The notes under the pieces are model-generated. The model worked only from the letters and a program-made list of their open reading frames with translations, had not been told where the DNA came from and did no database searches. Below, piece after piece: positions 56,993 to 64,000 of a stretch of 64,000 nucleotides of DNA; the stretch's first letter is position 1, and the number at the start of each line of letters is the position of its first letter. The stretch is taken from positions 1,095 through 65,094 of the forward strand of contig JAZUQQ010000027.1 in the NCBI GenBank assembly GCA_045605765.1, written 5' to 3'. The stretch comes from Eubacteriales bacterium (GTDB lineage Bacteria > Bacillota > Clostridia > Oscillospirales > CAG-272). The position numbers and the translations under genes were made by a program.

Positions 56993-58021
56993 TTAGCCGG
57001 TAATACCCGAGCGCTCGATACCCTGAATAAGATATCTCTGGCAGAACAGGTAAACAATGATAAGCGGAGCAATTATAAGAAGTCCGCAGGTGTGCATAAT
57101 TGACTGTCTGTAAAGAGTACCACCCGTTTCCATAATAACTTCTTCAAGGGTAGCCGGTACGTCTGCGAAATATGCGAGAACATAGCTACTCGTGTTACTC
57201 GTATAAAGTAGCTGAGTATAGAAGTTATCCGTCCACTGCCACGAGAACGAGAAGAGGAAGATGGTTATCATCATAGGAATCGAAATCGGAAGAATGATCT
57301 TGAAGAAGGTCTTGATAGGACCTGAGCCGTCAATATAAGCCGATTCTTCAAGCTCATCGGGAACTCCGCGATAGAACTGTCTCATCATAAAGATATAGAG
57401 ACCATTTTTAAGTCCAAGACCTGTGAGAGATAGAATTATAAAGGGCCATATCGTATCTAGAAGTCTTATAGGACCAACGCCCATAAGCTCTAAGAGTCCA
57501 AAAATATCAAAGTCTTTAAACATAAGGAAGATAGAGAATCTGATAGTTTCAGGAGGAACCATCATCGTTATCATAACGCAAGCAAAGAGAAGTCCACTTC
57601 CCTTGAACTTATACTTAGCAAATCCGTAACCGATAAGGCTACATACGAATGTCTGTATAAGCGCACACGCCAGTGACAGAGTTCCTGTGTTAAACACACA
57701 TCTCCAATAAGAGTTCTGAACGATTATCTCTTTATAGGTATCAACATTCGGATGCTTGGGAATATACTTGACAGTTACGTCCATAAAGTCTTCGGGGCTC
57801 ATAAACGAGGATGCGATCTTCGAGAAGAAGGGGTTCAGGATTATGTAGCACATTCCGAGGAGTATTATGACACGGAAAAGTTTGAATATAACATCTGTAA
57901 GGAATCTTGTAGAAAGATATTTGATCTTGAATCTGGTCCAAGCGGAGGTTCTATCGAAATCCACGCGAATCTTGTTCTTGGATTCTTTAAGAACTTTAGA
58001 GTTTGTATTAGCAGAATTCAT
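56993..58021 (-). CDS. carbohydrate ABC transporter permease (MalG-like)
   Basis: Polytopic protein with an EAA-like loop …ESAYIDGSGPIKTFFKIILP…. Confidence 0.85.
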   Translation of the reverse strand: MNSANTNSKVLKESKNKIRVDFDRTSAWTRFKIKYLSTRFLTDVIFKLFRVIILLGMCYIILNPFFSKIASSFMSPEDFMDVTVKYIPKHPNVDTYKEIIVQNSYWRCVFNTGTLSLACALIQTFVCSLIGYGFAKYKFKGSGLLFACVMITMMVPPETIRFSIFLMFKDFDIFGLLELMGVGPIRLLDTIWPFIILSLTGLGLKNGLYIFMMRQFYRGVPDELEESAYIDGSGPIKTFFKIILPISIPMMITIFLFSFSWQWTDNFYTQLLYTSNTSSYVLAYFADVPATLEEVIMETGGTLYRQSIMHTCGLLIIAPLIIVYLFCQRYLIQGIERSGITG

Positions 58022-58034
58022 ATTTTCACCCCCA

Positions 58035-59009
58035 TTAATCCTTTCTCTGATAGAACACAAAGGTCTTTATCAGTCCCGCTATGATAATTACGATAAGCGC
58101 AACTACGAGAAAATACATCCATGCCATAGCGGTCGCCTCGGTCTGTGATTCTTGCGAGTAATGGTTCGCAATAAAGGACATTACAGAGTTGTCTGCCTTT
58201 GTAAACGAGTCGATTATCGTATATATCGAGTTAACGAGTATCATAGGGCTTATCATCGGGAAAGTAACCTTCCAGAAGGTCTCCCATGCCGTAGCACCGT
58301 CTATATCGCAGGATTCATAAATCGCAGGCGAGATAGATTGAAGTCCGGCTAGGAAGATAAGTATCTGAACGCCCGCGTCGTTAACAATATTATAAATATT
58401 GTTAACGAGCTTTGTAATGTAGGTGACGAGTTCAGTTCCTATCTTCATGTTGGAGAAAAGAACGGTAATATCAGTAGCGGATATTATTTCGTTTGCCGAA
58501 GATTCTCCAACGGCACCGGTATCAACGCCTTCGTTGCTCGACATATGCGAAAGCATTGCCGAGTTTTCAGCATCAAGACTGTCGATAAGACCTGTCGAAA
58601 GAATTACGGGAACGAAAAGTATTGCTCTGAACGCCGCACGTCCCACCATCTTCTGGTTGAGAAGAATGGCAAGGAAGAGCGAAAGGAACACTATTGCGGG
58701 GATATTGACTATCATATTTTCAAGCCCAGTGAGCAGTACCTGAGTAAAGTCAGCCTCTCCAAAGAGTACATCATTATAGTTTTGAAATCCCACGGGAAAT
58801 ATCTTACTTCCGACATATTCGTGAAAGCTGAGCTTCACAGAATTATATATGATAGGAATGTAAATAGTTATAAGTCCGATAAGAAAAGGAAGAATGAATA
58901 TCCATCCCGCTCGAGATTTCTTTCTATCAAGAGATATCGCCTTTTTGTGCTTCGGAGAAGATGCTTTTTTCTCAACAGTCTGAATTGATTTTGTTGCTAA
59001 TTTACTCAT
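58035..59009 (-). CDS. carbohydrate ABC transporter permease (MalF-like)
   Basis: Polytopic protein with an EAA-like loop …ESCDIDGATAWETFWKVTFP…. Confidence 0.85.
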   Translation of the reverse strand: MSKLATKSIQTVEKKASSPKHKKAISLDRKKSRAGWIFILPFLIGLITIYIPIIYNSVKLSFHEYVGSKIFPVGFQNYNDVLFGEADFTQVLLTGLENMIVNIPAIVFLSLFLAILLNQKMVGRAAFRAILFVPVILSTGLIDSLDAENSAMLSHMSSNEGVDTGAVGESSANEIISATDITVLFSNMKIGTELVTYITKLVNNIYNIVNDAGVQILIFLAGLQSISPAIYESCDIDGATAWETFWKVTFPMISPMILVNSIYTIIDSFTKADNSVMSFIANHYSQESQTEATAMAWMYFLVVALIVIIIAGLIKTFVFYQRKD

Positions 59010-59027
59010 TTAGTCATCTCTCCTTTC

Positions 59028-62000
59028 TTACTGTGCTTTGATCTTGATGAAAGAAAATTCATCAACTTCATAGGTTATTCCATCAATCTCGACCATTACG
59101 CCGAACGCATTATAGTTCAGGATAAAGGCCACGCCGTTTTCATAGGTCATATACACTATGGATCCGTCGTCTATTGTGAGATTAACAGAGTCTTTATACG
59201 AGAATTCTGCATATTCGAAGGGTGCTATTTCTTCACCGACATACTCCTCGCCTGCTGCCTCAGCTTCAAGTTTTTGTTTTTCAGCCTGAGCAAGCTTTCT
59301 GAGATAAGCAGTCAAAGCTTGTTCGCGTCCCTGCTTATATGTTGCAAGTTGTTTTTCGTATTCCGCATCGCGCATCTCGACTTCTTTGTCGGTGAGAACT
59401 CGCTGTCCTGATACGAACTTGTGATCTGTAACCTGAGCAGTCTGTACGTCTTTGAGAGCGTCATTTATCACGTTATATGTGTCTACAACATCTTCGTACC
59501 AGTTCTCGAAGTCTATCGAGTAATATTCAGAATAAACATAGTACTCTTTGAGCTCGGACGAATTCTGCATTACAAGAATGTAATACGGAGATGCTCCGTT
59601 TTCAATTATTTTAAGCATCTCACGCTCGATATTACCCTGCATATTGGTGGGTGTACCCGCTATATTGATATATCCGTGAAGCACCATTCCGATAAATGGA
59701 ATCGACTCGCTTGTTCTTATATAGTTGCTTCCGTCAAGAGAAACATTAAGAATATGATCAACATAGGGCCATACGTAAGCGTTACCCTGATTTACCATAA
59801 GTCCGTTGTAATCTCTGTTAAGCTTAGAGAGAAGTTCAACCGTATAACCCTTGCCGTCCTCTCTATTGAGCGGATTTTCCTCGTTAAAGTCGGTGTTAAC
59901 ATCGCTTCCGAGAGAGGAAACCGAGAGCCCGCCTTTATTGAACTTGTTCATAGCGCGAGAGAAGTAGTCGTACATTCTTTCGTAAGCCGCAGGAGATACG
60001 CAGGTGGATCCTACATACTGGAAGGACTGATATACCGAAGTATATGCTCTTTTACCTGTATAACGATCATCAACCGTCTTTGTCGCATCTCTGTGACTAC
60101 TGTACTTATCAAAGAACTTTGTTGCCGACACGTTCGCAAAATCGAATTCAGGGAATATTTCAAGGAGACCGTCCGTCTTTTCCGCATTGGAAATAAGAGT
60201 GTTATAGCCGTCCTTACCACCCACAACCTTTTCAAACTTAACCGTGGTAGGCGCAAGATTCATTTTCCAACCGCCCTCGGTAAAGCCCGTGAGCTTAACC
60301 TTTACGTTGTTTATTCCCGCTTCGTCGCTAAGACGGTTATACATTTTTTGTACGTCTTCAAACGTCGAAAGAGGGGTATCGACCCACGTAGGAATCGTCA
60401 TTATTATTTCCTGAACCTCGATCATACCGAAAGTTTCAAGGTAGAGCGGAATATCATCCTTAGCATCGGTTATCTTGCTTATAAATCCGTTATTTACAAG
60501 ATGATCGCGATAAGCATTTGCCATTCCAACATACGTAGCCTCGTACTTGGCATTTTGTTTATCACTCAGCATTACGTACTTAACGGTAAAGCGTCCTGTA
60601 TATTTTCTATCCGACGTGATTCTCCATTCCGTATTACCCTCCACAGCAATGGAATCGCCCAAATTGTACGAGTCCGAAGATCTCGGATAGAACACTGCGT
60701 AAGCCGAATTATAATTATGTCTTAGTCCGCAACCGTGGCTCGAAGTTATGTATGCAAGTGCATCTCCTTCGGTTATGATTGCAAATACGCCGTCCGTAGA
60801 AGTGCTTGTGATCTGTTCATATTCGTAGAACATTTCAGTTTTGATAACCGGACTTCCATCGGGATATATGAGAATTTCTCCGTTTTCATCTTTTTCATAG
60901 ACGTAGTACGGATCACCAGTATCGGGATCATACAGAATGTTTCCGTCGCTATCACGCTCGCAAACGAGCTCTTCCCACTGCGAAATAACCGCACCTTGTT
61001 CGGTCTTGGTGTTTTGGCTCACTATTCCAAATACGGGAGCTGTGAACACCTGGCTCTTGCCATCCGAAGAAAGCTTGTGATATGCATAGTCGGGTCCGTA
61101 AACCTGACCTGTGAGCGTATATGCTGATTTTACGTCGTCAATTTCCTCGTTACGGATTATAGTTCCGCTTCCGTCAGGAATAAAGGTATATCCCTTGTCT
61201 TTTCCGTTTGAGGTTCCCATATACGGAAGGAGAGAGATATTTACGAGCTCGTATTTTTCCTCGTCATAGGAAAGGCTTTTTCCGGGAATCGTTGCAACGA
61301 GTCCTTCGTCAGTTATATCATACTCTACCGCGAGATAGAATACTGCGTTGGCAGATGCGCTTCCGACATATCCCGTAAGCTCGTGGTCATATTCCACCTG
61401 CTCGTAGTTATAATGTGGGCAGAATCTTTTCAGATATCCTTCAAGAGTGTTAAGCTCTCTTTCGGAGGTCTCTGCCTTGGTATCGATAACGTATATCGCC
61501 ATCTTATCCTTGGGGAGATTGGTAACGGAAGAAACAAGTTCGGGCCCGAGCGTATTCTGTTCAAATTCGTCAAGACCGATATTTACCTGTTCCGTATAGT
61601 AATTTTGAGAGGTACAGGGGTAGGTCTTGTTGTATTCGTCTATAACCTCCATCGTAAGAGCTTCGGAGTTCGGATCCTTCAGTGAATAGAACGAAATGAT
61701 TTTTTCGTATATGTAAGACTCCGCTTCGGGGTCAATATACGACATTATCTCGTTTTCGAATCTCGTCGCCTCGATCCATCTGGGAACGAGAGAACGATTT
61801 GATTCTTTGCCGAGAGTGTATTCAACACGAATACCGCTCTTGATGTTTTTAATGTTTATCTGTGCGTAAAGAGCACTTTCCGTGTAACTGTGGAAGGTTC
61901 TTTCAACACCCTTGTTATCAAGGTCCTTAAACTTAACAACTACCTGAGAAAGAAGTTCTTCTCTTACGGTACTGTTAGTTACACTTGCAACGTCATACGG

Positions 62001-62312
62001 GTTAGAAAGAAGTATCTCTCCCGTAGAGACACACTGTACCGCAACTTCACCCGAATAAGGATCCATATAAAGTCTGTAATCTCCGTTGGGGCTCGACTTC
62101 TTATATTCCATCGTAGCAAGCTTTGCTTCCTTGCTTTCATAAACCGTAGTGAGATAGGTTGCAAGTATCTCGTCTGTGGTCATCAGGGCTCTGTCGCCCT
62201 CGCTTGACGTAGCACCGTCAGCCGAAACAGGAAGTAAAAATGTAAATGTCGCTACGATCATACAAACGAGTACGATCAGTGAAGCGTATCTTGTATTTCT
62301 TGTAATCATCAT
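59028..62312 (-). CDS. 1094-aa secreted protein of unknown function (possibly DUF5696-like)
   Basis: Signal/anchor sequence MMITRNTRYASLIVLVCMIVATFTFLL. SD aaaggagg. No catalytic motif recognised. The family name is recalled from memory only. Confidence 0.7.
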   Translation of the reverse strand: MMITRNTRYASLIVLVCMIVATFTFLLPVSADGATSSEGDRALMTTDEILATYLTTVYESKEAKLATMEYKKSSPNGDYRLYMDPYSGEVAVQCVSTGEILLSNPYDVASVTNSTVREELLSQVVVKFKDLDNKGVERTFHSYTESALYAQINIKNIKSGIRVEYTLGKESNRSLVPRWIEATRFENEIMSYIDPEAESYIYEKIISFYSLKDPNSEALTMEVIDEYNKTYPCTSQNYYTEQVNIGLDEFEQNTLGPELVSSVTNLPKDKMAIYVIDTKAETSERELNTLEGYLKRFCPHYNYEQVEYDHELTGYVGSASANAVFYLAVEYDITDEGLVATIPGKSLSYDEEKYELVNISLLPYMGTSNGKDKGYTFIPDGSGTIIRNEEIDDVKSAYTLTGQVYGPDYAYHKLSSDGKSQVFTAPVFGIVSQNTKTEQGAVISQWEELVCERDSDGNILYDPDTGDPYYVYEKDENGEILIYPDGSPVIKTEMFYEYEQITSTSTDGVFAIITEGDALAYITSSHGCGLRHNYNSAYAVFYPRSSDSYNLGDSIAVEGNTEWRITSDRKYTGRFTVKYVMLSDKQNAKYEATYVGMANAYRDHLVNNGFISKITDAKDDIPLYLETFGMIEVQEIIMTIPTWVDTPLSTFEDVQKMYNRLSDEAGINNVKVKLTGFTEGGWKMNLAPTTVKFEKVVGGKDGYNTLISNAEKTDGLLEIFPEFDFANVSATKFFDKYSSHRDATKTVDDRYTGKRAYTSVYQSFQYVGSTCVSPAAYERMYDYFSRAMNKFNKGGLSVSSLGSDVNTDFNEENPLNREDGKGYTVELLSKLNRDYNGLMVNQGNAYVWPYVDHILNVSLDGSNYIRTSESIPFIGMVLHGYINIAGTPTNMQGNIEREMLKIIENGASPYYILVMQNSSELKEYYVYSEYYSIDFENWYEDVVDTYNVINDALKDVQTAQVTDHKFVSGQRVLTDKEVEMRDAEYEKQLATYKQGREQALTAYLRKLAQAEKQKLEAEAAGEEYVGEEIAPFEYAEFSYKDSVNLTIDDGSIVYMTYENGVAFILNYNAFGVMVEIDGITYEVDEFSFIKIKAQ

Positions 62313-62326
62313 TTTTCCTCCTTTCG

Positions 62327-64000
62327 TTAACTACGGTATTGAATTTCTGTGATTATATTACTTATGAAGTTTGCCATCTTTGTGAAAAGTCCCGAGAAGA
62401 GCGCAAGAATAAACATGATAATTGCCATTCCGGCAATAGTAACGACAACCGTAAGGAAGTTCTTTCCAAGAGAGTAGTCGTGAGTTACCATCGTGGAGCA
62501 GAACAGAAGAAGTCCTACCCAAATGTAACAAACTGCTATTATAAGCGTTATAAACGTACCTTCGGTAAGCGTTACACAGTAACTAAGAAGCGTCGCGGGG
62601 AATATTATCAGTACGATAGGTGCAAGGCAATAGCAGCTTGCAATAAATATATCCTTAAAGCTTCCTTCGCCGTTAAATAGGGTGGTAATACACCAGTTGG
62701 CAAGAGCCCAGAGCACGAGCGGAACGGTAAGTCCGAGTATCTGTGAAACTACGCTCGACATCGCACCTCTCGGATTGAAGATAAACGCCTCACCGACCGC
62801 CTGATAGGTAAATACCAGACAAGCAAGTCCAAGCCACGCAAAAGCTCCTCGGAGTGATCCGCGCTTTTCGTGTTTGAGATCCCAGAATCCGTCAAAGGGA
62901 TGGAAGATCAGATGGAAAGCATAGAAGAATTCTTCCTTAAAGGTTCTTCTGCGGCGTCCCGATACCGCTGCCTTTTTGTTTACCTTAGCCGCCGTCTTAA
63001 ACAACCAGCCGATAAGGAATATGGCGATTACGGGAACGATTACAATAAGAAGTATATTCTGTTCGACGAAGTTCTTTCTCCAAAGCTGGAAGGTGTCGGA
63101 ATATCCTTCGGTATCATATGCCACCTTGTAATATTCCATTGCCTTGGTGTAGCTTCCACTTCTGTAATACGCATCTCCAAGACCGATATAAGCGGCATCA
63201 AAGTTATTGTTTCTTTGAAGCACCGCGTTCCAGTCGGAGATCGAGCGATCATACTTTCGGTTATTATCGTTTTCTATAGCTGAAAGAAGCAGGTCTCCGT
63301 ACTGTGTACGGCGGAATATCGTAAAGGAGTTATTATAGGTATCAAGAACGAGCATATTCGTTCCCTGATAGGTTATCGAGTGAGTATAGGTCTTTGCAAG
63401 ATCGGCATTCGGAGACTGTGCAAGGTTACCCAACTGAGATCCGGTATCACCAAAAGCGAAGAGGAGCTCTCCCTGATCGTTATAGGTGTATACCTTACAT
63501 CTTTTTTGGTCAATTATCGAGTAGGTTCCCTCAGGACCCATGGCAATACCAACGATATTCGAAGTACCGGTTGTCTGACCAACAGTCGAGGCCGCGTTTA
63601 GGTTGACTTTGATAGCAACCTCACCCATGGGAGAGAAGAAGCCGTTTCTCTTCATTATATCATCACCCGATGTGCTTATCTTCTTAACGGTAGCATAGTC
63701 AGGCTTTTTGTTTTTTAGAGCCGCCTCGCGATTCTCTTCTTTGATGGTGTCAGTCGTGATCCAAAGGAATCCCTCATCGTCAATAACTATATTATTGAAT
63801 GCGGTCGAAAGCACCTTTTCTGAGTTCGCGAGCTGCTCGGCAGTCTGGAAATTTCTCCAAATAATATCGAACAGGCTGTATGTTGCCTTGGTAGCTCCGA
63901 TATATCCACAGAACTCACCTTCGTTATTAAGGGTCATAACACCCTGATAAGTCGAAGGAGATACTACATAGATACGCATCGAACTGCTTACTGCGATAGA
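62327..64000 (-). CDS. beta-propeller/TPR plus Yip1-like polytopic membrane protein (5' end truncated by the window edge)
   Basis: The frame stays open to the window edge. TPR-like AYIGLGDAYYRSGSYTKAMEYYKVAY is followed by about 5 TM segments resembling the Yip1 domain. Confidence 0.7.
   Translation of the reverse strand, partial: SIAVSSSMRIYVVSPSTYQGVMTLNNEGEFCGYIGATKATYSLFDIIWRNFQTAEQLANSEKVLSTAFNNIVIDDEGFLWITTDTIKEENREAALKNKKPDYATVKKISTSGDDIMKRNGFFSPMGEVAIKVNLNAASTVGQTTGTSNIVGIAMGPEGTYSIIDQKRCKVYTYNDQGELLFAFGDTGSQLGNLAQSPNADLAKTYTHSITYQGTNMLVLDTYNNSFTIFRRTQYGDLLLSAIENDNNRKYDRSISDWNAVLQRNNNFDAAYIGLGDAYYRSGSYTKAMEYYKVAYDTEGYSDTFQLWRKNFVEQNILLIVIVPVIAIFLIGWLFKTAAKVNKKAAVSGRRRRTFKEEFFYAFHLIFHPFDGFWDLKHEKRGSLRGAFAWLGLACLVFTYQAVGEAFIFNPRGAMSSVVSQILGLTVPLVLWALANWCITTLFNGEGSFKDIFIASCYCLAPIVLIIFPATLLSYCVTLTEGTFITLIIAVCYIWVGLLLFCSTMVTHDYSLGKNFLTVVVTIAGMAIIMFILALFSGLFTKMANFISNIITEIQYRS

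Overview
The window looks like chromosomal DNA from a spore-forming Clostridia (Oscillospiraceae/Ruminococcaceae-like), based on spoIIGA-sigE, cwlD, PFOR/nifJ, type III glutamine synthetase and a nine-gene V-type ATPase operon. Most of it is housekeeping: czcD-type metal exporter, eda, asd, glnN, rnhA, radA, xer recombinase, ribF, cysE, rqcH, two rRNA methyltransferases and cca. Five places stand out. (1) A 1.46-kb recombinase-less insertion sits in the 3' end of rlmD/rumA, bounded by 27-bp direct repeats. It opens with a very regular ladder of ten sequence-variable GC hairpins joined by invariant heptamers (GTGATAT x4, then ATATCAC x4). The ladder lies just upstream of an orphan Avd-like four-helix-bundle gene and an SGNH-like gene with one in-frame TGA. 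I could not assign the ladder to any known repeat class, and it is my best candidate for something undescribed. (2) The 840-bp gap between the surface-protein gene and eda holds two back-to-back consensus promoters. One would drive a ~455-nt purine-rich non-coding transcript with a reiterated GGAAGG(Y)ACGG motif and a 17-bp-stem terminator. The other would drive a ~76-nt sRNA-like unit. (3) A ~320-nt structured leader precedes czcD. (4) A cobalamin-riboswitch-like leader precedes a DUF4430 lipoprotein / ECF S-component pair. (5) Smaller oddities include a zeta-toxin-like TA pair, two cell-wall peptidase homologs lacking catalytic residues, a small membrane ORF with a strong SD but no canonical start, and a tandemly duplicated terminator module with compensatory stem changes. 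All assignments come from reading the sequence and remembered family motifs; no database search was run.
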